From positions 1,990-65,989 of the forward strand of contig DAHVCH010000011.1 in NCBI GenBank assembly GCA_027314165.1: a stretch of DNA of 64,000 nt, given 5' to 3'. Shown here in pieces: positions 50,823 to 59,980 of this stretch; position 1 is the first letter of the stretch, and every line of letters starts with the position of its first letter. Below the pieces are notes generated by a model that was not told the origin of the DNA, made no database searches, and saw only the letters and a program-made list of their open reading frames with translations. Made by a program: the position numbers and the translations under genes. The DNA comes from Thermoplasmata archaeon. Lineage in GTDB: Archaea; Thermoplasmatota; Thermoplasmata; Lutacidiplasmatales; UBA184.

Positions 50823-52235
50823 TCAGGCGACGGGTCGGGCCATCGCGATGAGGGCTTTGAGCCCCAGGAACTCCTCGGCCTCCTGGGCGCTCAGGATCCC
50901 TTCCTGGACCAGGTAGTCCCGGGGGTTCATCCCGCTCGCCGCGGCCTTCTTGATCACCTCGGCCACCTTGAGGTAGCCAAGGCGGGGCGTGAGCACCGTC
51001 GCGAGGGCGTGGGAGGAGAGCAGGTAGTGCTCCATGCGTTGCGGGTTCGGGCGGATCCCGGCGACGCATCGCTCCGCGAAGACCGGCAGGAAGTTCGAGA
51101 GGAGCCGGCAGGAGAAGAGGACCTCGAAGGCCATCACCGGCATCATCACGTTGATCTCGAACTGGCCGGCCTGGGAGGCGAGGGAGGTCGCGAGGTCGCT
51201 CCCGATGACGTGGAAGCAGACCTGGTTCAGGCACTCCACCATCGAGGGGTTCACCTTCCCCGGCATGATCGAAGAGCCCGGCTGGACCTCCGGGAGGCGG
51301 ATCTCGTCGAGGCCGGTCGCGGGGCCGGAGGTGAGCAGCCGCAGGTCGTTCGCGATCCGGGTGAGCTCCACGGCCGCGGACCGTAGCCACGCCGAGGCCT
51401 CGGAGGCCGCGCGCCGGCTCTGCATCGCCTCGAACGGGTCCCGGGCCGCGCGGAGGGGGACCTTCGCGAGGGCGGAGAGGCGCTCGACGCTCAGGTGGCG
51501 GAAGCCCACCTTCGTGTTGATCCCGCTCCCCACGGCGCTGCCGCCGAGGGCGACCTCGCCCAGGTCCTCCTTCACGTGCGGGAGGGCCTCCAGCACCCGC
51601 CGCAGGGTCGAGGCGTAGGCCTGGAACTCGGACCCGAGCGTGACCGGCATCGCGTCCTGGAGATGCGTCCGCCCGGCCTTCGGGAGCCCCTCGAGCTCCT
51701 TCGCCTTCGTCTCGAGCGCCTGGACGAGGCGAACGAGCGCGGACTCGACCTCCCCGAGGGCGAAGAGCGCCGAGAGGTTGAGGGCGGTGGGGAACGTGTC
51801 GTTCGTGGACTGGCCGCGGTTCACGTGGTCGTTGGGGGAGAGGTAGGCGTAGTCGCCCTTGGCCTTCCCCAGGATCTCGAGCGCACGGTTCGCCAGCACC
51901 TCGTTGACGTTCATGTTCGTCGAGGTGCCGGCCCCCGCCTGGAACACGTCCACGATGAACTGGTCGGCGAACCGCCCGTCGGCCACCTCGCGCGCGGCCT
52001 GGGCGATGGCCCGGGCCCGCTCGGCGTCCAGCACGCCCAGGCGCTCGTTGGCCTCGCAGCAGGCGAGCTTGATGAGCGCGTAGGCCCGGACGAGCTCCGG
52101 GGGCAGGGAGAGCCCGCTCACGGGGAAGTTCTCCTTCGCCCGCAGGGCCTGGACCCCGTAGTAGGCGCCCTGGGGCACCTCCTTCGGGCCAAGGGAATCC
52201 TTCTCGGTGCGCGTGGGAGGCTCCGTCGCGGTCAT
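50823..52235 (-). CDS. Aspartate ammonia-lyase / class II fumarase family
   Basis: YYGVQ, GTSTNMN, GRTHLQDA and GSSIMPGKVNP motifs. Confidence 0.92.
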   Translation of the reverse strand: MTATEPPTRTEKDSLGPKEVPQGAYYGVQALRAKENFPVSGLSLPPELVRAYALIKLACCEANERLGVLDAERARAIAQAAREVADGRFADQFIVDVFQAGAGTSTNMNVNEVLANRALEILGKAKGDYAYLSPNDHVNRGQSTNDTFPTALNLSALFALGEVESALVRLVQALETKAKELEGLPKAGRTHLQDAMPVTLGSEFQAYASTLRRVLEALPHVKEDLGEVALGGSAVGSGINTKVGFRHLSVERLSALAKVPLRAARDPFEAMQSRRAASEASAWLRSAAVELTRIANDLRLLTSGPATGLDEIRLPEVQPGSSIMPGKVNPSMVECLNQVCFHVIGSDLATSLASQAGQFEINVMMPVMAFEVLFSCRLLSNFLPVFAERCVAGIRPNPQRMEHYLLSSHALATVLTPRLGYLKVAEVIKKAAASGMNPRDYLVQEGILSAQEAEEFLGLKALIAMARPVA

Positions 52236-52354
52236 GGTCAGGGCCCGGCAGGAACCTCCCGAGAAAAAGGCGGAGGGTCCCGCGTCAAGAGGCATGGAAA
52301 CCTCCAAAAGACGCTCCACCGTGAACCGACAAGAGCGAGGGAGCTCCCGCGCGG

Positions 52355-54262
52355 ATGGTCGACCTTTTCCAGTTGCTCTACGACACCACCGCGATCGTCG
52401 CGTACCTGGTGCTGCCCGTCGCGATCTTCGCCGCGCTGTTCCTCCTGGCCTGGGAGCGCGGGCTCGAGGGCGACCTTGTCGGGTTCGGCAAGCGGACCTT
52501 CCTCTTGCTGCTCGTGGGCGGGGTGATCGGCTACGTCGCGAACCTGCCGTTCTTCACGTGGAACGGCTCCGTCCTGATGGTGAACGTGGGGGGTGCGCTC
52601 CTCCCCGTCGCGGTCTCCCTGGTCGTGCTGGACCAGAGGATCCTCCCGGGGCGAACGCGCGAGCTCGCCCTCTTCCTCGGGCTGCTCGCCCTCGCCGTCG
52701 GCGCGACGCTCGTCGCGCTGGTCGAGCTCCCGACACGGCTCGGGCTCGTGGGCTTCCTGGCCTGCTTCGCCCTCTCGGGCGCCCTGCTCGTCGCCCTCCG
52801 ACGGAGGGCCGTTCCCGCCCCCCGGCTGGGCTCGACGGTGGACGCGGTCGCCCCCTTCGTCCTCATCGCGCTCGGGATCTGGGGGACCTACCTGACCACG
52901 ACGGTGGTCCCCGCGGTCGGGATCGTCTCCACGTTCCCGGACTACCTGGTGGCCCCTCTGCTCATCGCCCTCGCCGCGGTGGGGCTCCGCTGGCCACGCC
53001 GCGACGCCCCTGCCCTCGCCTTCGCGGCCTCCACCCTCGGCGTCCTCATCGGCGCCGACATCCTCCACCAGCCGCAGCTCTTCCAGGCGCCCGCCTTCCT
53101 GGGCTCGATCGGGGGCGCCGGGCCGCTCGACCTGGTCTTCCTCTCCGGCCCGTTCGCCTTGGGCGTTGCGCTCGTCGTGGATGTCCTCCTCCGGCGGGCC
53201 ACGGGCCCCTCCCCCCTTGGCGCGGAGAAGGCTCCCTCCGCGCGCCCGTTCGGGCCCGTGCGCGGCTCGGAAGCCCGCTTCTACGAGGGGCTCCACGCCT
53301 ACTCGGAGGGGCGCTACGCCGAGGTGGCTCCCGCCGTGGTCCGGACGCTCGACCGCGACCTGGCCGAGACGCGCCGCGCCCTGGGGCTCCCTGAAGCACC
53401 GGCGGCGGCGGGTCTGGAGCCGCTCCCCGTCCACCCGTTCCTGTCCGCCGACCTGGCGAACCTTCGCCAGGTCGCCCAGGAGCCCCCGGGAACCGCGGTG
53501 CGCGAGGACGCCCGACGGGCGCTGGTGACGGGCTTCCTGGTGCAGCGGGGCTTCCTGGGCCTGCTGGGACGGCGCCTGGCGTTGGTGGGCGACCGTGTGA
53601 AGGCCTTCCTGGTCGACCTGCTCGTGGCGTTCCTACCGTCCATCCCCGCCCTCTACCTCCTCCTGAGGTTGCTGCACCTGGACGTCAACTCCGTCACGGA
53701 CTCCCCGTACACCTCGATCGGCTACCTGGCCGCGATCAGCTGGATCGGCGCCTGGCCGTTCCTGATCTACGCCATCCTTGAGTGGAGGTACGGCGTGACC
53801 CCGGGGAAGCGCCTCCTGGACCTGGTCGTCGTGGGCCCGGACGGGGGCCATCCCTCGATGCTCTCCGCGCTCGCGAGGAACGTCCCGAAGCTCCTCCCCC
53901 TGGCCGCCCTGTCCCTGACGCTGGGGATCGGTCTGCCCTTCGCCTTCCAGACCGCTCCGATCTCGGTGGGGGCGAGCGTCGCGCTCGTCATCATCGGGGC
54001 GGGAGTGTTCATCAGCGGGCTCATCGGCCTGGTCAGCGTGTGGGCGATGCGCGTCAGTCCCCGCCGTCAGAGGGTGGGCGACGTGCTCGGCGCGTCCATG
54101 GTCTGGACGCGGAAGCCCCCGCACGTGCCGGGGATCCTCATGGCGGCGGGGAGCCCGACGGTGTCCCCGCCGGCGGCGCCGTGGGCGCCGCGGGAGGCGC
54201 CTGCGGCCGCTCCGAGCCCGTTGGGGGGGCCGATGGGCCCGCCGCCCCTCCAGCCCTGGTGA
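52355..54262 (+). CDS. DUF1614-domain membrane protein fused to an RDD domain
   Basis: VNVGGALLP, GVLIGADI and SIGGAG (DUF1614); RVKAFLVD, TPGKRLLDLVVV and RQRVGD (RDD). Confidence 0.8.
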   Translation: MVDLFQLLYDTTAIVAYLVLPVAIFAALFLLAWERGLEGDLVGFGKRTFLLLLVGGVIGYVANLPFFTWNGSVLMVNVGGALLPVAVSLVVLDQRILPGRTRELALFLGLLALAVGATLVALVELPTRLGLVGFLACFALSGALLVALRRRAVPAPRLGSTVDAVAPFVLIALGIWGTYLTTTVVPAVGIVSTFPDYLVAPLLIALAAVGLRWPRRDAPALAFAASTLGVLIGADILHQPQLFQAPAFLGSIGGAGPLDLVFLSGPFALGVALVVDVLLRRATGPSPLGAEKAPSARPFGPVRGSEARFYEGLHAYSEGRYAEVAPAVVRTLDRDLAETRRALGLPEAPAAAGLEPLPVHPFLSADLANLRQVAQEPPGTAVREDARRALVTGFLVQRGFLGLLGRRLALVGDRVKAFLVDLLVAFLPSIPALYLLLRLLHLDVNSVTDSPYTSIGYLAAISWIGAWPFLIYAILEWRYGVTPGKRLLDLVVVGPDGGHPSMLSALARNVPKLLPLAALSLTLGIGLPFAFQTAPISVGASVALVIIGAGVFISGLIGLVSVWAMRVSPRRQRVGDVLGASMVWTRKPPHVPGILMAAGSPTVSPPAAPWAPREAPAAAPSPLGGPMGPPPLQPW

Positions 54263-54854
54263 GAACGATCTCGATCGAGGAGACGTTCGCGTCCTTCCCG
54301 TCGCGGTTGGTGAGCCGCTCGGTCCCGATCCGAACGTTCACCACGTGGACCGCCCCCTCGGTGAGCTTGTGCCGGCGGACCACCTCGGCCACGTCGACCG
54401 CGCGGGAGATCGCTTTCCCCCTCGCCTTGACCTTCACTTCGGGCGCTCCGCTCAGGAGCTGTCCCACCACCTCGAACACGTAGGTCATGGTCGGCTTGTC
54501 GCCGACGAAGACGACCGGATCGGTCCGGACGTGGTGCATGGGAGGGCGGGGAGGCCGCCCCTGCCACTGACCGCGGGGCCTTCCGCCGTCGCCGCCACCA
54601 CCTCCGCCGCCTCCTCCACCGCCGCCTCCGCCGCCTCCGCCGCCACCTCCGCCGCCTCCTCCACCGCCGCCACCATGGCGGCGATCACGTCGGCGGCCCG
54701 GCCCTCGTTCTCCCTGGTCCGGAGGCCGTTCCGAAGAGGGCGGGGGGGTCGCGGGAGGGGTCGCCGGAGCCTCGCTGGGAGGGGGAGAAGAGGCCGCGGA
54801 GCTGGACGGCGGGTTTCCCTCGGCCACGGGGGCGGGGGAGGAGGGGCCCTCCAA
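54138..54854 (-). CDS. albA: DNA/RNA-binding protein Alba with long low-complexity extensions
   Basis: VFVGDKP, VKARGKAISRAVDVAE and VSSIEIVL motifs. Start uncertain (TTG 54854 or ATG 54539). Confidence 0.85.
   Translation of the reverse strand: MEGPSSPAPVAEGNPPSSSAASSPPPSEAPATPPATPPPSSERPPDQGERGPGRRRDRRHGGGGGGGGGGGGGGGGGGGGGGGGGGGGDGGRPRGQWQGRPPRPPMHHVRTDPVVFVGDKPTMTYVFEVVGQLLSGAPEVKVKARGKAISRAVDVAEVVRRHKLTEGAVHVVNVRIGTERLTNRDGKDANVSSIEIVLTRAGGAAGPSAPPTGSERPQAPPAAPTAPPAGTPSGSPPP
54591..54674 (-). repeat. GGN trinucleotide repeat encoding 28 consecutive Gly
   Basis: 84 nt of GGC/GGA/GGT codons in the Alba reading frame. Confidence 0.85.
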
Positions 54855-54953
54855 AAGGCCTTTCCTCCCGCGAGGGGCCCCGCGGCTCCGCGGGTCCGTC
54901 CGAAAGAGCTTAAGCGGGTGGGCGTTCGGAACGCGGGAAGGGAGAAGAGAAGC

Positions 54954-55038
54954 GCAGGGGTGGCCCAGCTTGGTCAAAGGCGCTAGGTTGAGGTCCTAGT
55001 CTCGTAGGAGTTCGAGAGTTCAAATCTCTCCCCCTGCA
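54954..55038 (+). tRNA. tRNA-Leu(GAG)
   Basis: GCAGGGG...CTAGG TT GAG GT CCTAG, long variable arm, GAGAG TTCAAAT CTCTC CCCCTGC A. Confidence 0.93.
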
Positions 55039-55106
55039 TCCTCTCCTCCCTCAAGGTCCGCAGGCCCCCGTCCCGGGGGACCTGCCCCCGCCGTGGCCCG
55101 AGCGCG

Positions 55107-55883
55107 CTACCGGTCGGGCAGCTTCTGCTCGACCAGCTTCTTCTCGATGATCGCGAGCCCTTCGGACAGGCTGGAGATCGCCATGCCGAGCTGCTGGGCG
55201 AGCGTGGTCAGGGTGATCCTCCGGGGCACCTCGAAGTACCCGGCGGCGATCGCCCGTCGCAGGACCTCCTGCTGACGCGGGGTCAGCAGCTCTTCGCCCC
55301 TGGCCATGTCGTGGCGCACGGATTCGATGGTCATGCCGGGGGCGATCGTCCGAAGCTCCTCCAGGAGGCGGCGGACCTTCGGCTCCGGACCCACCACGAC
55401 CCACGTCGCCGTCCCGGATTCGATGACGAAGGGGAACCGACGCATCAGCTGGAGCCTCTGGAAGAGGGAGATGAAGGAGGAAGTACGGTGCGACACGCGC
55501 AGCTCGGTGACGGGGGCGGGGGCCCCGAGCTGCTCGACGCGGTTCACCCCGGGAAGCCCTCCGATCTCCTCCGCCCAGGGTCCGGCCTCGGCCGCCCTCA
55601 CCCGGACCTCGGTCAGGGTCCTTCCGCCACCCAGATCGAGGCGGTTCAGGACCTCGACGACCACCTCTGGGCGGGCCGAGCTGAACCGCTGGACCCAGCT
55701 CCCTTCCGGAAGCGGCACCCGCAGCCGGCAGGCGAGCAGAGGCTGGACCGCTGCTTCGACCGGTTTCTCCGGCGCGGGCCTGGGACCGCGGGAGCGAGGG
55801 GGGGCCTCACGCGCCGACCGACGACCTCCGGCGACCCTCTTCGGGCGTGGGGCACGAGGCTTGGGCCGGGAGGTGGAGGGCAC
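55107..55883 (-). CDS. Bat-like (HTH_10) transcriptional regulator
   Basis: LTPRQQEVL...GYFEVPRRITLTTLAQQLG; paralog of 13165-13899. Confidence 0.87.
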   Translation of the reverse strand: MPSTSRPKPRAPRPKRVAGGRRSAREAPPRSRGPRPAPEKPVEAAVQPLLACRLRVPLPEGSWVQRFSSARPEVVVEVLNRLDLGGGRTLTEVRVRAAEAGPWAEEIGGLPGVNRVEQLGAPAPVTELRVSHRTSSFISLFQRLQLMRRFPFVIESGTATWVVVGPEPKVRRLLEELRTIAPGMTIESVRHDMARGEELLTPRQQEVLRRAIAAGYFEVPRRITLTTLAQQLGMAISSLSEGLAIIEKKLVEQKLPDR

Positions 55884-56016
55884 AAGGTACGCAACGTTCT
55901 TCGGGATTAAGTCCGCGCTGGCCGGCTCGGGGGGGAACGCCGAACGCTCTAGGTGGCCGGTCTAACGGAGCCGGGGGACTCCCCACCCCAGGAGACCCCG
56001 TACGGGGAACCTGACC

Positions 56017-56913
56017 ATGATCGCTATCGAGGCGTCGGACCCACTGGAAGAACTTCAACGCGAGAACGAGGTGACCGAGCGCCTGCTCGAGCGGCTGCTC
56101 GAGGAGGCCCAGTCGCTCAGGGCGGGCAGACCGGTGCCGCCGGGGGAGATCTCGGCCGGGCTCCGGCTCCTGGAGCAGTACCTGCGGGTCCACGTCGCGC
56201 GCCTGGACCGGGGGCTCCTGCCCGAGGCCCGCGAGGCGGCGATGCCGACCTGTTCCGCCCATCTCGACAAGATGGACGAGTACCACTTGGAGGAAGGCCG
56301 CCTCCTGACCGAGGCCAAGGCCGTCCTCCTCGACCACGAGAAGGGACGGGGCGAGCCATCGAGACGTCTCGCCGAGGCCCTGGAGCGGCTCACGCAACGG
56401 GACCACGAGGTGGGCACCTACGAGGGCGACTACCCGCTCTCCTGCCTGCGGACCGCGCTCCCCGAGGACGCCTCGAAGCGTGTCGCGGAGCGATTCGCGC
56501 CCACCCGCCGAGAGCTCTCCGACCTCGACGCCCACGTCCAGAGGCATCTCGCCTCCGCGGATCGGAAGGAGGGCTCGCCCTTGGCCGTGCACTGCGCTCA
56601 CGAGGGGTGCGAGGCCAAGGGTAGGGCCCAGGTGGTCCCGGGGCCCGGAGGGCGTCTCGAGCTCGTCGCTCCGAAGGACGGCTGGGCCGTGGCTTCCCAG
56701 ATGGTGGCGCCCCACGGGTCCTGGGTCGTCCGAATTCAGGTCCACTTCCAATGCCCTCGCCACGCGTCCGGCGCCCCTGGGGCCGAGCTTGCCGCCACGG
56801 CGATGGCCTTGTGGGCTGACGACGGAGGACACGCGGGGCCGAGCTCGATCGGAGGAGGTCGGGGCCCTTCGGGGATGCCGCGCCCGCCCGCTCCGGTCCC
56901 GGGGACCGCGTGA
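56017..56913 (+). CDS. Hemerythrin-like domain protein with a C-terminal Cys/His motif
   Basis: Four-helix pattern with H/E residues; CAHEGC...CPRH. Confidence 0.65.
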   Translation: MIAIEASDPLEELQRENEVTERLLERLLEEAQSLRAGRPVPPGEISAGLRLLEQYLRVHVARLDRGLLPEAREAAMPTCSAHLDKMDEYHLEEGRLLTEAKAVLLDHEKGRGEPSRRLAEALERLTQRDHEVGTYEGDYPLSCLRTALPEDASKRVAERFAPTRRELSDLDAHVQRHLASADRKEGSPLAVHCAHEGCEAKGRAQVVPGPGGRLELVAPKDGWAVASQMVAPHGSWVVRIQVHFQCPRHASGAPGAELAATAMALWADDGGHAGPSSIGGGRGPSGMPRPPAPVPGTA

Positions 56914-57443
56914 ACGCGCCTCAGGTCGCATCCGGGCCCCGGATGCTCCCGTCGCTCCCGATGGCCGGCCGGAAGGCGCCCTCGAGGGAGGCGCTTTGGA
57001 TGCTGCTGAACGGCTCCGGCTACCTTCTCCTGCTCTGCGCCTCGATGGTCGTCGCGGTCCTGCTTCAACTCGTGTGGGGCCGCTCCCTCCCCGACAGTTT
57101 CGTGGACGACCGTGACCTGGTCGCGCTCTTCGGATGGGTGGGGCTGACGATCAGCGGGGTCAGCACCATCGTCGTGCCGAACCACGTAGGTGTCGGCCTC
57201 TGGCCGCGCTCCGTCCCTCGCCTGCACCTGGTGATGACCAACCTTGGGATCCTGGGGTTCTTCGGGACCTCGCTCCTCATTCCCGGGTCGAACCTTGCCC
57301 TGGTCTTCCTACTGCTGGCGCTCCTCTCCTTCCTTATCTTCGGAACGCTCGTGGTCCGGACGGTCCTGCCCTTCGCCCTGGGCCGCAGCCCGAGGACCGC
57401 GGAGCCCGCGGTCGCGCCCGGCCGCGCCGGCGCATCGAAGTGA
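56910..57443 (+). CDS. Four-TM membrane protein
   Basis: GTGA-coupled to the upstream gene; LFGWVGLTISG motif. Confidence 0.65.
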   Translation: MNAPQVASGPRMLPSLPMAGRKAPSREALWMLLNGSGYLLLLCASMVVAVLLQLVWGRSLPDSFVDDRDLVALFGWVGLTISGVSTIVVPNHVGVGLWPRSVPRLHLVMTNLGILGFFGTSLLIPGSNLALVFLLLALLSFLIFGTLVVRTVLPFALGRSPRTAEPAVAPGRAGASK

Positions 57444-57567
57444 CTGCGGAAGGTCGGAGAGCGCCTTCGCGGGGGAAGCGAGGGCGGAACCTGGCGGAAC
57501 AGGGCCGAAGCGCTTCGGGAGAATGTAGAGGAGCCTGGGCGTCCTCGACGGCAGGAGGAGCGGGTCG

Positions 57568-58290
57568 ATGTCGGAAGGGGGCGGCGGGTTCCAGATCTCC
57601 ATCACGCCTCGGGCGGCCAAGGCGTTCCAGGAGGTCCTGGCCCACCAGCCGCCGGGCTCCGCCGTCCGGGTCTTCGCCCTCCCCGGACCCCACCCGCGCC
57701 CGAACATGTTCATCGAGAAGCCCCGGCCCCACGAGCAGGTGCTCCAGGTGGAAGGGGTCCCTCTCCTCGTGGATGAGGTGAGCGAGAAGTTCCTCGCGGA
57801 GGCCGTGATCGACCACCTGGACGCCTCCGGAAGCTCCGGTTTTCACATCGAGGGACCCAACGTGCCGACGACCGGCGCGGGGGAGGGGGAGGCGACCGGA
57901 GCGGACCCCTCCGGACCCGCTCCCCCCTCGGCGGGACCGCCGACCGCTCCGGCTTCGCCTTCGGCCGCGAACCCTCCCCGAGGACCTGCCGAGAGGGATG
58001 CGATGCTCCGCCAGGCCCTCCGCAAGATCTACGACCCGGAGATCCCCATGAACATCCTGGACCTGGGGCTCATCTACGGGATCGACTGGCCCGCCGAGGA
58101 CACGCTCCACGTTCGGATGACGATGACCAGCCCCGGCTGCCCCGTCGCGGGTCTGCTCCACGACCAGGTCGAGGAAGCGGCGCGCGCAATCCCGGGGGTC
58201 CGGGAAGCGGATGTCGAGATCGTGTGGGAACCCGCCTGGGGCCCGGAGAAGATGAGCGCGTTCGCGCGGCGCCAGTTCGGCTACGATTGA
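57568..58290 (+). CDS. HesB/IscA-like domain fused to SufT (DUF59) Fe-S maturation domain
   Basis: ISITPRAA...VEGVPLLVD; then IYDPEIPMNILDLGLIY, TMTSPGCP and WEPAW. Confidence 0.85.
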   Translation: MSEGGGGFQISITPRAAKAFQEVLAHQPPGSAVRVFALPGPHPRPNMFIEKPRPHEQVLQVEGVPLLVDEVSEKFLAEAVIDHLDASGSSGFHIEGPNVPTTGAGEGEATGADPSGPAPPSAGPPTAPASPSAANPPRGPAERDAMLRQALRKIYDPEIPMNILDLGLIYGIDWPAEDTLHVRMTMTSPGCPVAGLLHDQVEEAARAIPGVREADVEIVWEPAWGPEKMSAFARRQFGYD

Positions 58291-58332
58291 CCGGCCGTCG
58301 TCCGTTCGGCTTGGCTCCGGCGGACGGCCGCC

Positions 58333-59451
58333 TCAGGGATAGAAGACCGAGGAGTCCACGCCGAAGGCCCGCCCCACGACCGAGCGCTCGAGGGCCACGG
58401 CGAGGAGGAGCGCGATCCCGAAGCCGACGATCGCGGCGACGTTGAGGAGGGAGGCCCAGGAGCGCACCGCCTGCAGTCCCAGGAGGTCGGCGCCCACCCG
58501 CGCCCCCACGGAGAGGTCGAGGACGACGAGCGGCGCGTAGAAGAACCGGTGGAACGGCACGGGCCGTCCCAGCACCGCAGGCACGATGATGGTCGCATGG
58601 GCGAAGACCATCGATAGGACAAAGCCCAGGAAGACCGCGTGGAGCTGGGCATCGTACACCAGCGTGTCGGGAAGGATCCCGCCGTAGGCGAGGACGAGGA
58701 GACCCCCCGCCAGCAGCCAAAGGTGGCCGGAAAGGAGGCTCACGGCCGTGAACCGGGGAACCCCGGGCCGGGAGAGGTTCCTCCGGGCCACGTCATGGAC
58801 GAGCAGCCACACCGCCATCCCCGCCCAGGACATCGCGAGGAGTTCTGTCCCGAGCGCGAACGACCGGAGGGCGACGACGCACGCGATCACGTCGAGAGCG
58901 ACCATCGCGACGAGGGCGAGCCGGCGCGTCCGGGAGATGGGCAGGACCCGGGTGAGTTCGAGGCGCTCCGCGACGATCACCAGGACGAGGAAGGACCCCC
59001 ACCAGGGGATCACGTAGGGCACGTCCAGGCCGGACCACCAGAGCAGGTTCCCGACGAGGAGCGAGACCGCGCCGAGGAGCTGGGCCATCGTGTGGACCGC
59101 GGGTTGCCGTGAGAGGATGATCAGGAACATCCCCACGATCACCGCGCTCCCGGCGGTCAGCAGCAGCCCCCCGGGATCCCACGGGAGACCGATGGCGAAG
59201 AGGACCGAGCCCGCCCCCGTCAGGAGCGGCCCGGCGAAGAGCCCCCGGCGCTCGAGCGCGACCGCGCGCTCCAGCCCGATGAGCGTCGCCAGCACCCCGT
59301 TCACCATGAGCGCCCCATGGGCGTCCAGGAACCCGGAGGACGGGACCGGCAGGGCCCAGCCCACCCGGTCGAGCCCCGTCCACACCCCCAGCGCGAGCGC
59401 CAGGATCCCGACGGCCATCGCCGGGTAGCGGAGCGAGGAGCGTTCGACCAT
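58333..59451 (-). CDS. Polytopic membrane protein (NnrS / heme-copper oxidase subunit I-like)
   Basis: About 12 TMs with intramembrane His (HGALMVNG, HAVFLGFVLSMVFAH). Confidence 0.7.
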   Translation of the reverse strand: MVERSSLRYPAMAVGILALALGVWTGLDRVGWALPVPSSGFLDAHGALMVNGVLATLIGLERAVALERRGLFAGPLLTGAGSVLFAIGLPWDPGGLLLTAGSAVIVGMFLIILSRQPAVHTMAQLLGAVSLLVGNLLWWSGLDVPYVIPWWGSFLVLVIVAERLELTRVLPISRTRRLALVAMVALDVIACVVALRSFALGTELLAMSWAGMAVWLLVHDVARRNLSRPGVPRFTAVSLLSGHLWLLAGGLLVLAYGGILPDTLVYDAQLHAVFLGFVLSMVFAHATIIVPAVLGRPVPFHRFFYAPLVVLDLSVGARVGADLLGLQAVRSWASLLNVAAIVGFGIALLLAVALERSVVGRAFGVDSSVFYP

Positions 59452-59526
59452 CGTCGGACCGGTGGAGAGGAGAGCCGAGCGTCGACCGTGTGTACGGCGG
59501 GACCGGGCTGAGAGGACCGCCCCGAC

Positions 59527-59847
59527 CTATTGGACGGTCGGGATCGGGCTGCGGTCGGAGGCTACCGAGAGCTTGCGGATGCGGACGCGCCAGTTCTCGG
59601 GGCCCCTCTCCAGGTAGTCCCACGTGAACCGGCCGGTGTGCTCGGCCTGGAACTGGTAGTAGAGCGGCTTCGGGTCGTGGTCGTTCAGCAGGACGAAGGA
59701 TTCTCCGGGCGAGAGCGCCTCGAACGTCCCGAAGATCCTCGGGTGTCTCTGGGCGGGCGGGGTGCTCCTCACATCGACGACCGTCTCGTTCGGCAGCACC
59801 TGCGTCAGCGGCCCAGCGTTCTGGTGGTCCACGGGAGGCTTCTCCAT
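59527..59847 (-). CDS. DUF2249 domain protein
   Basis: DVRSTPPAQRHPRIF...LLNDHDPKPLYYQF...GPENWRVRI. Confidence 0.9.
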   Translation of the reverse strand: MEKPPVDHQNAGPLTQVLPNETVVDVRSTPPAQRHPRIFGTFEALSPGESFVLLNDHDPKPLYYQFQAEHTGRFTWDYLERGPENWRVRIRKLSVASDRSPIPTVQ

Positions 59848-59980
59848 CGGTATCTCCGTCCGGCCCTTCGGGCCTTGACCTGGGCAGAAGAGGGGCTGCG
59901 AAGAGGAGAGGACCGAAACCTTTCGGAACGAGGCCGAGGAGCACGGGCGACATACCCCACCGTCGGGAGGAGCGAACCTG

